Positions 18,737 to 28,480 of a stretch of 64,000 nucleotides of DNA are shown piece by piece. Position 1 is the first letter of the stretch, and every line of letters begins with the position of its first letter. The notes beneath the pieces were generated by a model. That model worked only from the letters and a program-made list of their open reading frames with translations, had not been told where the DNA came from and made no database searches. The translations under genes and the position numbers were made by a program. This stretch comes from Candidatus Kerfeldbacteria bacterium (lineage in GTDB: Bacteria; Patescibacteriota; Patescibacteriia; UBA10025; JAHIVO01), in contig JACROE010000002.1 of NCBI GenBank assembly GCA_016214565.1, forward strand, positions 1,048,007 to 1,112,006, written 5' to 3'.

Positions 18737-19957
18737 ATGGCAGAATACCAATATACCGCCAGAACACCTGAAGGAAAACTAGTAAAAGACCGAATGCGAG
18801 CAAAAAGTACAGATGCGCTTGCAGACGATTTGAAAAATAAGGGTCTTATTCTTACTCAAGCCAAGGAAATGAGGCCAGGTGGAGGCACTAATTTTTTTCA
18901 GTCAATGATGAATTCAATGAGCGGTGTGCCAATAGTCGACAAAATATTTTTTACGCAAAACTTGTCGATTATGGTGAAAACTGGCTTTTCATTATCTCAA
19001 GCGCTAAAGACGCTTTCGGCACAAACATCAAATAAGAAATTTAAGGGCATCATTGATGATATTCGAAGCGACGTGGAGAGCGGCGCAGCTTTGTCAAACT
19101 CACTTCAGCGTTTTCCTAAAGTATTTCCCGAAATTTTTGTAAACATGATATCGGCTGGTGAAGCCAGCGGTAAGCTCGATGAAATATTAATTACGCTGAC
19201 GAATCAAATGAAAAAAGATCATCAGATTGTCAGCAAAGTTCGCGCAGCACTGACGTATCCCTCTATAGTCATTTTTGCCATGATTGTGATCGGCGTAGTC
19301 ATGATGGTTACCGTCGTCCCCCAGCTACTTTCAGTATTTGACGAGTCCACCACTGAATTGCCGGTGACTACAAAGATATTGGTTGCTTTTAGCGACCTGC
19401 TGAAAAATTATTTACTGTACGTAGTCGGCTTCGTCGCTGTTCTCGCAGTAGCATTTCTTCGCTTTCGCAAAACGAAGTCAGGGAAAAAATTAATTCATGC
19501 TACCATTTTGAAATTGCCGCTTATTTCTCCAGTGGTAAAAAAAGTTAATTTAGCCCGTTTTACTCGAACACTCAGCTCTTTGCTCAAAACTGATATTCCC
19601 ATTGTTCAAACTATGCAGATTATTTCAAAAGTATTGGGCAATGTGCATTACAGCAATGCAGTACTCATCGCCTCAGAACAAGTGAAAAAAGGTGTTAGTA
19701 TTGTAAAAACGTTAGAAAATGAATCAAAACTTTTTCCGCCAATTGTCACTCAAATGATTAGTGTCGGTGAGGAAAGCGGTACTCTGGATAGTATTACTGA
19801 AGAAATTGCTGATTTTTACGAAGAAGATGTGGATCAAACATTGAATACGCTTTCCAGTGTAATTGAACCTATTCTTATGCTTTTTATCGGAGGCGCTGTT
19901 GCTTTTCTAGCCTTATCAGTATTGCAACCTATGTATGGATTGGTCGAGGCGATTTAA
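18737..19957 (+). CDS. pilC: Type IV pilus platform protein (PilC/GspF)
   Basis: Two T2SSF repeats: AGEASGKLD, ALTYP, VGEESGTLD, IEP. Confidence 0.95.
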   Translation: MAEYQYTARTPEGKLVKDRMRAKSTDALADDLKNKGLILTQAKEMRPGGGTNFFQSMMNSMSGVPIVDKIFFTQNLSIMVKTGFSLSQALKTLSAQTSNKKFKGIIDDIRSDVESGAALSNSLQRFPKVFPEIFVNMISAGEASGKLDEILITLTNQMKKDHQIVSKVRAALTYPSIVIFAMIVIGVVMMVTVVPQLLSVFDESTTELPVTTKILVAFSDLLKNYLLYVVGFVAVLAVAFLRFRKTKSGKKLIHATILKLPLISPVVKKVNLARFTRTLSSLLKTDIPIVQTMQIISKVLGNVHYSNAVLIASEQVKKGVSIVKTLENESKLFPPIVTQMISVGEESGTLDSITEEIADFYEEDVDQTLNTLSSVIEPILMLFIGGAVAFLALSVLQPMYGLVEAI

Positions 19958-20909
19958 TACACAGACGTACACCTCATCTGGTTTTAGCATTATTGAATCT
20001 GTTGTTACCATTGGATTAACCAGCATTCTTATCATATTGTTTGGTGCAACGTACACCGCCACTACGACTGACCGCTACCTCCATCACCGCTCACTCGCAT
20101 ATATCGCAGCAGCGGAGGAGCTTGAAATTATTCGCAATACTGATTTTGACACTCTCGATACACGAACAAACGCTCCCTTCATCGGCGTAGCGTACACTCA
20201 GGGTACCTGGACCGTAGAAACACTAGCGTCTCCGCCAAGTGGAACTCATGTACTTACTGTGGTACCCAACGCTTCCTACACCCCGGCGAGTCAAATATTT
20301 ATTCCTGAATTTGGCTATAAAAACTTTGACTTTTCGAGCTCATTTATGGTCAATAATAGTTCAGGAAATGGCTGGTCGGTATACTATTTCTATCGCTACC
20401 AAGACCCACAAAACTATTACTCCCTAAACATCACGAGTACCCAAGCGGTTTTGGAAAAAAAAGTTGCTGGTGTAACCAGTCAACTAGGAACCACGAGTCA
20501 CGTTTTTTCAAAAAATTCTTGGTACACATTAGCCGCAAGCGTTACGGATGGCACTTTTACCATTACGCTTGATGGCTCCCCCCTGGTAACGGGTACTGAT
20601 GCCCAAAATGAACTAACCAAAGGCAAGCTTGGCTTTGGGGGGAATGCCCAAACGCGTATGTATTTTGATTCAGTCTCAATCACTGGACTCAATACCCACA
20701 GTTATAATTTCGACAGCGATACATCAGGAAGCCTTCCTGACCAATGGCAGCGCTACGGCGTACCCCAGCTACCCAGCGCAGCTGGTTTGCTAACGATTAG
20801 CCATCCGGATCCACTTTTTGATGATTTAAAAGCTGTAACCGCGCAGGTTACCTGGTCAGAACGTGGCGCTACAAAAAGTGTTGAACTATCTACTTTAATC
20901 TCACCTTAA
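19935..20909 (+). CDS. Minor pilin (PilV-like) with an inserted ConA/LamG-like beta-sandwich
   Basis: Class III signal SG|FSIIE, hydrophobic helix, AAEELEIIR, central beta-rich domain (YRYQDPQNYY...WYTL...KGKLGF...YFDSVSI), C-terminal KAVTAQVTWSE. Confidence 0.75.
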   Translation: MDWSRRFNTQTYTSSGFSIIESVVTIGLTSILIILFGATYTATTTDRYLHHRSLAYIAAAEELEIIRNTDFDTLDTRTNAPFIGVAYTQGTWTVETLASPPSGTHVLTVVPNASYTPASQIFIPEFGYKNFDFSSSFMVNNSSGNGWSVYYFYRYQDPQNYYSLNITSTQAVLEKKVAGVTSQLGTTSHVFSKNSWYTLAASVTDGTFTITLDGSPLVTGTDAQNELTKGKLGFGGNAQTRMYFDSVSITGLNTHSYNFDSDTSGSLPDQWQRYGVPQLPSAAGLLTISHPDPLFDDLKAVTAQVTWSERGATKSVELSTLISP

Positions 20910-20912
20910 GCC

Positions 20913-21461
20913 ATGAATTTGCAGGAATTGCTCGTCACTCTCATTATCGTTGTTATAATCTTTAGCATTGTTTTTGCTTCGTATTTGACGTACATCAATG
21001 TGTACAAAGTGCAACTCGTACGAAATACGCTTTCGACCGAACTCAGCCGCATCTTTGCAGTCAGTACGAAATCAGTTCGCGGCGCTACCGAAGTAGTCGC
21101 GAGCCTCACCATAGGTGGGAATACATATACAACCGGCTCTCATACAGTAATTGTTAAATCACCTGCTATCGATGCGAATGATTTGATAGTCAACAACGCG
21201 TACGACTACTTTATTCTTACTAGCCCAGTTGGTACTCCTAATTCCTTAGTGATGATCACAGAGGCCGACCCAGCCAGTGCACGAAGCTCAACCACGACAA
21301 CCCTTACGACTCATCTCAGTTCATTACAAATTAACTACGATTCAGAAACAACGGTGGACATCTCCCGCGTAGAATTAATTCTTTCCCTGAGCCAATTTGC
21401 CGCAAATCGGACAATAACAAACACTGGCCAATCGACTATCTTTTTAAGAAACTCACCGTAG
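20913..21461 (+). CDS. Minor pilin (PilW-like) with no leader peptide
   Basis: Begins MNLQELLVTLIIVVIIF (Glu at +5, hydrophobic helix); sits between the PilV-like and PilX-like genes. Confidence 0.72.
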   Translation: MNLQELLVTLIIVVIIFSIVFASYLTYINVYKVQLVRNTLSTELSRIFAVSTKSVRGATEVVASLTIGGNTYTTGSHTVIVKSPAIDANDLIVNNAYDYFILTSPVGTPNSLVMITEADPASARSSTTTTLTTHLSSLQINYDSETTVDISRVELILSLSQFAANRTITNTGQSTIFLRNSP

Positions 21462-21463
21462 CT

Positions 21464-23245
21464 ATGCCGGCACAACGCGGACAAACAATTATTATAGTCA
21501 TTATATTTATCTCGGTATTTTTAACTATTGGAGCGACGTTGTTTGCTCAATCAAATAACACCCGTCAAATAGTACAGCGCCAAGCCGTACTAGAAAAAGC
21601 TCGTAACATCGCTGAAGCAGGCATTGCAAAAGCTACCTGGTGCTTAAATAACCCCACCGAATGCAGTAGTCCCTATACCGGCGAAACGACAACTTTTGAC
21701 AATGGCCAATTTAGCACTACATTAACGTCTGTTGGATTAAGTTATCGTATCGTCTCAACTGGTACCTATCTTTCTGTTACAAAAGTTGTGACTGAAGAAA
21801 TTACTCAGCAATCAGTTTCTTCCGGTGCATCCTTTTTTTATGGCGTTCAAGTCGGAGCCGGTGGATTAGACATGGCTAACAATAGTTATGTCAATGGTAA
21901 CGTATATTCCAATGGTTCAATTACAGCGGGTAATGGGGCATACGTCACTGGCGATGTCTATGTAGCAGGCGGAACTGCCCTTGCAACAAACCAAGAACAA
22001 ACAACAACTACATCTGATTTCCCCTTCGGGCAGGCGAGCCCCAATCCATCAGACATCGCCCAGAGTTTCAAAACAAATATTTCAGAGGTGGTTAATAAAG
22101 TAAGTCTATATTTAAAAAAGGTTGGGTCTCCTGGAAATGCTACTGTTCACATATACTCCGACAATTCCGGAAACCCAGGCACTTCTTTAACCAGCGGCAC
22201 ACTTAGTGCAAGCCTAGTCACCACAAGTTACGGTTGGGTTGATGTAACCTTTAACACCAATCCACAACTTACTGCCGGAACAACTTACTGGGTTATTGTT
22301 GACGGTGGCAGTCGGAATGACCGCTATTACATTTCTGGCAAAACCACAGATACTGCATATACAAATGGTACGGGTAAATCGAGTACTAACCTCAGCAGTT
22401 GGACGAGTGCCAGTGGCGACTTTACGTTTAAAATTTGGCTCGGCGGCATAGTCACTTCTATCAACGGATTACAAATTGGTGATAAAGGGCACACGTGCGA
22501 TAACGGCCACTATGCCACACACCATGGCAATGCCTACGCTCATCGCATCCTGAATAGCTGGGTTGAATGTGACGCTTTTTTTACTGCTGACCCCGGTGAT
22601 ATTACCGGAACCACGGTGGGTAGAACAAAGCATGCAAATAGCACGGATCCTGCTCCTGAAAATATGCCCGTATCTGATGGTCAGATCACTGAATGGAAAT
22701 CGATTGCAGAAGCAGGAGGAACTATTACGGGCGACTATACTCTTACTAATTTTGCGACTGCTACCCTTGGCCCAACAAAGATTACAGGAAATATGTTAAT
22801 CGATAACGGGGCTCAATTAACTATCCGTGGGACGATTTGGGTGTCAGGTACGATTACGTTAAGCAATGGGGCGGTTATCTCGCTTGACCCAGGCTATGGA
22901 GCAACCAGCGGCATCGTCGTAGCTGATGGTAAGATTAATGTTAATAACAACTGTGTTTTTAATGGTTCTGGTACTTCAGGCAGCTATATTATGTTTTTGA
23001 CTACCAGTAGCACGCTCGACAATGATATTATAATAAGCAATAACGCTGAAACTGTTATTTTTTACGCCGGTAATGGTATGATAAATGTGTCCAACAATGC
23101 CGCCTTAAAAGAAGCAACTGCGTATAAATTATACTTATCCAACGGCTCCACCGTGTCATATGAATCTGGATTGGCCAATGCGTCTTTCGCAAACGGCCCC
23201 GGCGGCATATGGACTACCAGTAAAACTAATTGGCTCGAATTGTAG
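21464..23245 (+). CDS. Large minor pilin/tip adhesin (PilX-like)
   Basis: QRG|QTIIIV without E5, ARNIAEAGI PilX motif, beta-solenoid-like G/N/T-rich repeats, internal IAQSF...LTAGTTYWVIV domain (choice-of-anchor-R-like). Confidence 0.75.
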   Translation: MPAQRGQTIIIVIIFISVFLTIGATLFAQSNNTRQIVQRQAVLEKARNIAEAGIAKATWCLNNPTECSSPYTGETTTFDNGQFSTTLTSVGLSYRIVSTGTYLSVTKVVTEEITQQSVSSGASFFYGVQVGAGGLDMANNSYVNGNVYSNGSITAGNGAYVTGDVYVAGGTALATNQEQTTTTSDFPFGQASPNPSDIAQSFKTNISEVVNKVSLYLKKVGSPGNATVHIYSDNSGNPGTSLTSGTLSASLVTTSYGWVDVTFNTNPQLTAGTTYWVIVDGGSRNDRYYISGKTTDTAYTNGTGKSSTNLSSWTSASGDFTFKIWLGGIVTSINGLQIGDKGHTCDNGHYATHHGNAYAHRILNSWVECDAFFTADPGDITGTTVGRTKHANSTDPAPENMPVSDGQITEWKSIAEAGGTITGDYTLTNFATATLGPTKITGNMLIDNGAQLTIRGTIWVSGTITLSNGAVISLDPGYGATSGIVVADGKINVNNNCVFNGSGTSGSYIMFLTTSSTLDNDIIISNNAETVIFYAGNGMINVSNNAALKEATAYKLYLSNGSTVSYESGLANASFANGPGGIWTTSKTNWLEL

Positions 23246-23247
23246 CA

Positions 23248-24324
23248 ATGTCAATATTTAACTACAATCATTTCAATAACCTAATCGGATTAGATATTAG
23301 TGATTCTAAAATTCGCTTTATTCAATTTCGCCAAAGCGGGAAAAATAAATATCGAATTATAAGCTTCAGCGAAAAATCAATTCCTCAAGATTTAATTCGA
23401 TCAGGTACGGTCAGTAACCCCGATGCAGTTACAAAACTTTTGGTTTCAATGGTAAAAGAGCCTGATTATGGAAAACTGCAGTCAAAATTTGTAAACTTCT
23501 CAGTTCCTGAAAAAAGATCATTTGTGAAGGTTGTTACCGTCCCGTTAGTACCATCTGATGAACTAGCGGGAACTGTTCGCTGGGGAATTGAACAAAACAT
23601 TCCAGTTAATATCAACGAAGTCCAATACGATTGGCACGTCGTCAAAAGCTCACCGTCCCTCGCCAAAGATAAAATGCAGTGCATGGTTGCAGTCAGCCCA
23701 AAAAATATTATCGATGGCTACGCAGATATTGTTACCCGAGCTGGTTTGGTGCCCATTTGTGCAGAAAATGAATCTGTTGCAATTTCACGGTCTCTTATTA
23801 ACACCAAAACAAATCCCGATGCGTCGATTATGATTATTGACCTTGGCAGAAGCCGAACTAATATTATTATATTTCACAATGACGCAGTTCAATTTTCATC
23901 ATCGATTGAGGTAAGTGGAAATGAAATGACTCGAGCGGTTGCCCATAAATTATCTTTATCATTTGAAGATGCTGAAAAAATTAAAATACTATACGGCCTT
24001 GATTACCACAAAGGTCGCGGACAGATAAAATCTGTACTTGAACCACTCATGGCACAATTAGTCAACAAACTGAAGGAGTACGTCCAATATTACAGCGAGT
24101 ACATGCTCGGGAAAAAATCGATAACGCAGGTTTTGCTTACTGGCAATGTAGGCAAATTATCAGGAATTCAGCAATATTTGGCTGCTCAATTAAACATTCC
24201 GATATCGATTGGCGACAGCTACACAAATATTCGCGTACTCAAGTCACACGATGAACACATTGCTAAACTTAACACGGCCTCTTATTCAACAGCGATTGGT
24301 CTGGCTTTGAAAAAAATACTATGA
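23248..24324 (+). CDS. pilM: Type IV pilus alignment protein PilM
   Basis: IGLDISD, IIDLGRSRT, LLTG, TAIGLALK (actin-like fold); likely ATG at 23248. Confidence 0.9.
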   Translation: MSIFNYNHFNNLIGLDISDSKIRFIQFRQSGKNKYRIISFSEKSIPQDLIRSGTVSNPDAVTKLLVSMVKEPDYGKLQSKFVNFSVPEKRSFVKVVTVPLVPSDELAGTVRWGIEQNIPVNINEVQYDWHVVKSSPSLAKDKMQCMVAVSPKNIIDGYADIVTRAGLVPICAENESVAISRSLINTKTNPDASIMIIDLGRSRTNIIIFHNDAVQFSSSIEVSGNEMTRAVAHKLSLSFEDAEKIKILYGLDYHKGRGQIKSVLEPLMAQLVNKLKEYVQYYSEYMLGKKSITQVLLTGNVGKLSGIQQYLAAQLNIPISIGDSYTNIRVLKSHDEHIAKLNTASYSTAIGLALKKIL

Positions 24325-24884
24325 GCCTATACCCTGGGGTGAACCTATTATCTCGCATGCAGAAAAAGCAAATTCAGCTGGAATGGTATGGTTTTGTATC
24401 AAAAAACATACTATTTATTACGGTTAGCGTATTGGCGATCACCAGTATTGTCATAATATTTTCGATTACTTTATTAGATAATCAAGCAAATAATTTAGAT
24501 GCCCAAATAGAAGATGAGCGTATCATTAAAGAAGATGGAAAGCTGTCAACCATCAACGATGCCACTGCAACGCTTAATACCACTATTGAACGTGTTCGCT
24601 CAATTCAGAAAAACTATATAAGTTGGACCGATTTTCTTACTACATTTTCAACACTTATTCCAAAGGATATTACTATCAATTCTATTTCGATTGTGGGGAA
24701 AAATCAGGAAATAAACATTTCAGGAAGCGCCCCTACTCGCGAGTCGTACCAAAATTTGTTAAAAGCATTGGAGTCAACCCCCCTGCTTTCAAATGTCCAA
24801 TCTCCTATATCAAATCTTGTACAACGAGAAAATATAACTTTTGCCATCACCGCTCAAATAACGCCTGAGGAATTGTATGAATAA
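24321..24884 (+). CDS. pilN: PilN
   Basis: VNLL motif, one TM, coiled coil, IPKDITINSI...ISGSA. Confidence 0.85.
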   Translation: MSLYPGVNLLSRMQKKQIQLEWYGFVSKNILFITVSVLAITSIVIIFSITLLDNQANNLDAQIEDERIIKEDGKLSTINDATATLNTTIERVRSIQKNYISWTDFLTTFSTLIPKDITINSISIVGKNQEINISGSAPTRESYQNLLKALESTPLLSNVQSPISNLVQRENITFAITAQITPEELYE

Positions 24885-25389
24885 GTTTTTGAAGTACAAA
24901 CAACTATTGATTTTTGGTGGCAGCGCATCAATTGTGTTGATAGTGACTTTAGTATTATTTGTTATTCCTCAGCTACACGAAATATCCGAAGCAAAAACGA
25001 GTATACATGACAAGCGCGTTCAGCTCGAAATTTTGAAACGAGAACGATCCAATATCGAACAAACGCAGCGAGAACTTTCGAGTATTGAAGAAAATATTAA
25101 AGACTTAGAAAAAATATTTATTGATGGGGAGGAAGTGCTTAATCTTATTTCCGCATTGGAAACAGTCGCTGAAGATAATGGCGTTGAACAAGAATTGGCA
25201 TTACTCGGAGAACCAACACAAAATACATTTAGCATGAAATTAACTATTTCCTGCACGTGGGCTGAGTGTTTGAATTATTTATCAATCCTCGAGCAACTTG
25301 ATCAGTATGTCAGCTTAAGCGATCCTCTCATAACGAGGGTTAATAGTCGCTTGACCATGAGTTTTAACGCGTATGCATATACCAAATAG
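24877..25389 (+). CDS. pilO: PilO-like protein
   Basis: One TM, coiled coil, ferredoxin-like C-terminus; follows pilN. Confidence 0.7.
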   Translation: MNKFLKYKQLLIFGGSASIVLIVTLVLFVIPQLHEISEAKTSIHDKRVQLEILKRERSNIEQTQRELSSIEENIKDLEKIFIDGEEVLNLISALETVAEDNGVEQELALLGEPTQNTFSMKLTISCTWAECLNYLSILEQLDQYVSLSDPLITRVNSRLTMSFNAYAYTK

Positions 25390-25681
25390 TAAACAACTTT
25401 TTCAGCAATACTCTGTTTCAATAGTTTTTTGGCTGAAGCGTCATATTGCCCTGGCAGTAAACAGTGTAGTATTAATACTTTTGATTATTTTGGCTCAATT
25501 TATTTATACAAACGTTTATCTGAGCGTTATTAATCCAGAGCCAATCGATCAAACCGAAATAATTGCTCGCCGCAAAAAAGTCAACACTACGGAGTTCGAA
25601 ACTGCTCTCAATCAAATACAGCAAAAACAGACGCCGACAGATGGACGCGTCTTTAAGGAAATTGCCAATCCTTTTGACTAG
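25373..25681 (+). CDS. Small single-TM pilus-associated protein (PilP position)
   Basis: One TM and C-terminal NPF, as in PilP-type R/NPF motifs; last gene of the operon. Confidence 0.6.
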   Translation: MHIPNSKQLFQQYSVSIVFWLKRHIALAVNSVVLILLIILAQFIYTNVYLSVINPEPIDQTEIIARRKKVNTTEFETALNQIQQKQTPTDGRVFKEIANPFD

Positions 25682-25687
25682 CTCATC

Positions 25688-25716
25688 TTGACAAGCTTGA
25701 ACATACCCGATATATT
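25688..25716 (+). promoter_or_regulatory. Promoter of rpmA
   Basis: TTGACA-17 nt-TATATT. Confidence 0.75.
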
Positions 25717-25777
25717 TGAAATCACAATTTTAAGCTACCCTTAACTAATAACAAAATCTTCTAACTAAATTAATGGT

Positions 25778-26056
25778 ATGGCACACGTAAAAGGAGCAGG
25801 CACTACATCACTTGGTCGCGATAGTCACGGTCAACGCTTAGGGGTCAAATTATTTGCTGGCCAAAAAGCACAAGCCGGTAATATTATTATCCGACAACGC
25901 GGTACGAAATTTCGAGCTGGCACAAACGTACGACGCGGTCTCGATGACACGTTATATGCAGAAAAAACAGGCGTTATTGCATTTTCACGACGCAAAATTC
26001 GCCGATACAACGGTAAGTTAGTATCAGCGCAATTTGTGAGTGTGAAAACTGCTTAG
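25778..26056 (+). CDS. rpmA: 50S ribosomal protein bL27
   Basis: [39 protein letters not shown]. Confidence 0.99.
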   Translation: MAHVKGAGTTSLGRDSHGQRLGVKLFAGQKAQAGNIIIRQRGTKFRAGTNVRRGLDDTLYAEKTGVIAFSRRKIRRYNGKLVSAQFVSVKTA

Positions 26057-26085
26057 CGGCAAAAATAACTCCTTAGTTAACCTGC

Positions 26086-26113
26086 AAAACCCGAGCGATA
26101 AGCGAGGGTTTTT
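26086..26113. terminator. Probable bidirectional intrinsic terminator between convergent rpmA and pyrG
   Basis: AAAACCC...GGGTTTTT stem with A and T tails. Confidence 0.5.
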
Positions 26114-27743
26114 AGGTACGTTCGCGCTTTACGCAGGCTCTGACAAAATCTCGGAAAAGCGGGTGCGGACGTAACGGACGCGACTTAAATTCAGGGTGGA
26201 ATTGCACACCCACAAACCAAGGATGGTCAGTTAACTCAACTATTTCGACTAACAGGCCATCTACACTAGTCCCTCCAATCCGTAATCCGGCTTGCTCAAA
26301 TTGCTCTCGGAATGCGTTATTAAATTCGTAGCGATGACGATGGCGCTCAGCAATACGCTCCTCTCCGTACGCGTGATAGCTATGCGATCCTTTTACCAGC
26401 TTGCAATCCCAGCTGCCGAGACGCATGCTGGCACCATACTCAAATTTAAGCATCTTTTTTTCCTGTTCCGGCATAATGTGAATGACTGGAAACGGGGTTT
26501 TCGCATCAAATTCAGTGCTGTTGGCGCCCTTCAATTTCACGACATTTCGAGCAAATTCTATAGTTGCGATTTGCATGCCAAGACACAAGCCAAGGTATGG
26601 AATCTTTTGTTCACGGGCATATTTAGCGGCAGCGATTTTCCCCTCTGATCCACGACTGCCAAAACCACCAGGAATAATAATACCATCAGCCGTTTTAAGC
26701 TTACTCCACTCTTTCCGATCGCGTTGTTCCAGTTTTTCCGCATCGGCCCAGTCAACCTTCAAACGAGCATTTTGGACTGCGGCAGAGGCCTTCAGGGCCT
26801 CCATAATGCTAATATAAGCGTCACCGTGCTCCACATACTTGCCCACCATGGTCAGTTGTAGTTTATGCTTACCATCCTTAATTTTTTTTACCAACGTTTT
26901 CCACGGCTGAAGATCGGGTCGGCGCGGACGCATGCTAAAATTTTTGAAAATAATTCCAGAAATGTTAAATTTTTCAAGATTTACTGGTACTTCGTAAATG
27001 GACTTAATCGTCGGGGCTGGAATGACAGCCTCAAGCGGTACATCGCAGAATTGAGCAATCTTGTCAGTCAGCTCTTTTGATACCGGATAATCAGATCGTG
27101 CCAAAATAATATCGGGCATGATGCCAGCACTTCGCAGTTCTCTTACCGACATTTGAATTGTTTTTGTTTTCAATTCATGCGAAGTCTTGAGATACGGCAT
27201 TAATGCTACGTGAACGAATAATACCCGTTCGCTGCCCAATTCTCGCCGCATTTGGCGAGCCGCTTCAAGATAGGGCTGCCCCTCAATGTCACCCACGGTT
27301 CCGCCAATTTCCATTATCAAAAAATCAGCTTTTGACTTTTCAGCAGCAATAAAGGCGCGTTCTTTTATCTTATTCGTAATATGAGGCACAATCTGAATCG
27401 TCTTACCCAGATACTTCCCTTTGCGCTCCTCAGCTAATAATTCTTGATATATTTGACCCGTCGTGACATTGCTCAGCTGACTTAAGTTTTCGTCAAAAAA
27501 ACGCTCATAGTGCCCAAGGTCAAGGTCGGTTTCCGTACCATCATCGAGCACAAAGACCTCACCATGTTGATACGGACTCATCGTACCTGGGTCAACATTT
27601 AGGTACGGGTCGAACTTAATGCTAAAGACCCGATAGTGACAAGCCTTCAGGATAGCGCCAATAGATGCCGCGGCAATACCCTTGCCTAAGCCTGAGACAA
27701 CGCCTCCAGTAACGAAAATGTAGCGGGTTTTAGTTGACGTCAT
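26112..27743 (-). CDS. pyrG: CTP synthase
   Basis: GGVVSGLGKG, DPYLNVDPGTMSP, GLCLGMQ, RHRHRYE, QFHPEF. Confidence 0.99.
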   Translation of the reverse strand: MTSTKTRYIFVTGGVVSGLGKGIAAASIGAILKACHYRVFSIKFDPYLNVDPGTMSPYQHGEVFVLDDGTETDLDLGHYERFFDENLSQLSNVTTGQIYQELLAEERKGKYLGKTIQIVPHITNKIKERAFIAAEKSKADFLIMEIGGTVGDIEGQPYLEAARQMRRELGSERVLFVHVALMPYLKTSHELKTKTIQMSVRELRSAGIMPDIILARSDYPVSKELTDKIAQFCDVPLEAVIPAPTIKSIYEVPVNLEKFNISGIIFKNFSMRPRRPDLQPWKTLVKKIKDGKHKLQLTMVGKYVEHGDAYISIMEALKASAAVQNARLKVDWADAEKLEQRDRKEWSKLKTADGIIIPGGFGSRGSEGKIAAAKYAREQKIPYLGLCLGMQIATIEFARNVVKLKGANSTEFDAKTPFPVIHIMPEQEKKMLKFEYGASMRLGSWDCKLVKGSHSYHAYGEERIAERHRHRYEFNNAFREQFEQAGLRIGGTSVDGLLVEIVELTDHPWFVGVQFHPEFKSRPLRPHPLFRDFVRACVKRERT

Positions 27744-28180
27744 GTTTGTATAACTACCGAAAGATTAGCCTGGTGCGAGCCAATGAAAATAGGAATACTA
27801 TAGGTACCTACCTCTTTAATCGGTTTTTGTAGCCCTATGTGATCTGGTTTCAGTCTGTATTTCAGCTGCTGATAAATAGCTTCGGCTAATGAGTGGCGAT
27901 CAATTCCTTGGAAAAGCCTTCCCTGATCATTCGCCTTTACCCGGATTTGAACAGTAGAACCAGAAATATTTGAAACAAAGGTACGTTCATCTTCTGCCGC
28001 CCGCTCTATCTGATGCTGGCGTTTTTGTAGATCAAGCTGATACTGTCGACGGGACTGGTCCGTGACCCTGGTGGCAAGCCGCCTTGGCAGTAAAAAGTTA
28101 CGTGCATAACCCTCGGTTACATCCTTAATTTCACCCCGATGGCCACTCCCGGGTACGTCTGATAAAAATAGCACTTCCAT
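27740..28180 (-). CDS. rplI: 50S ribosomal protein bL9
   Basis: DVPGSGHRGEIKDVTEGYARNFLLP, GRLF, PIKEVGTY. Confidence 0.95.
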   Translation of the reverse strand: MEVLFLSDVPGSGHRGEIKDVTEGYARNFLLPRRLATRVTDQSRRQYQLDLQKRQHQIERAAEDERTFVSNISGSTVQIRVKANDQGRLFQGIDRHSLAEAIYQQLKYRLKPDHIGLQKPIKEVGTYSIPIFIGSHQANLSVVIQT

Positions 28181-28204
28181 AAGCTTTTCTTTGTTTCTAG
28201 TGTA

Positions 28205-28474
28205 CTACAGAATTTTAAAACCATCAAACGTCTGGGGAGCGACCGTCTCCGAGACCTGAACACTGATATCCCGACCAACGGGAATTTCATATCTCAACCA
28301 CTCAATAAATTGAGTTATTTCTGCCGCTGATGCCTGTGCCATGATAGCGACCGTACCATTGCGCATATTCTTGACCCAGCCAACAATACCATGCTGACGG
28401 GCATAGATCTGGACAGTCAGCCGCATCGTAACCCCCTGAACGAGACCTGAAAGGGTTAACTGCACAGTACGCAT
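28205..28474 (-). CDS. acyP: Acylphosphatase
   Basis: SGLVQGVTMR and GWVKN...GTV motifs. Confidence 0.88.
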   Translation of the reverse strand: MRTVQLTLSGLVQGVTMRLTVQIYARQHGIVGWVKNMRNGTVAIMAQASAAEITQFIEWLRYEIPVGRDISVQVSETVAPQTFDGFKIL

Positions 28475-28480
28475 ACAACG

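Noticed and set aside
21464-23245. 12 N-X-S/T sequons in the PilX-like protein as evidence of N-glycosylation
   Set aside because: With about 50 Asn and a very high Ser/Thr content, roughly this number is expected by chance.
25778-26056. rpmA without rplU as an anomaly
   Set aside because: It has its own promoter and a normal short N-terminus; split L21/L27 genes are not unusual in reduced genomes.
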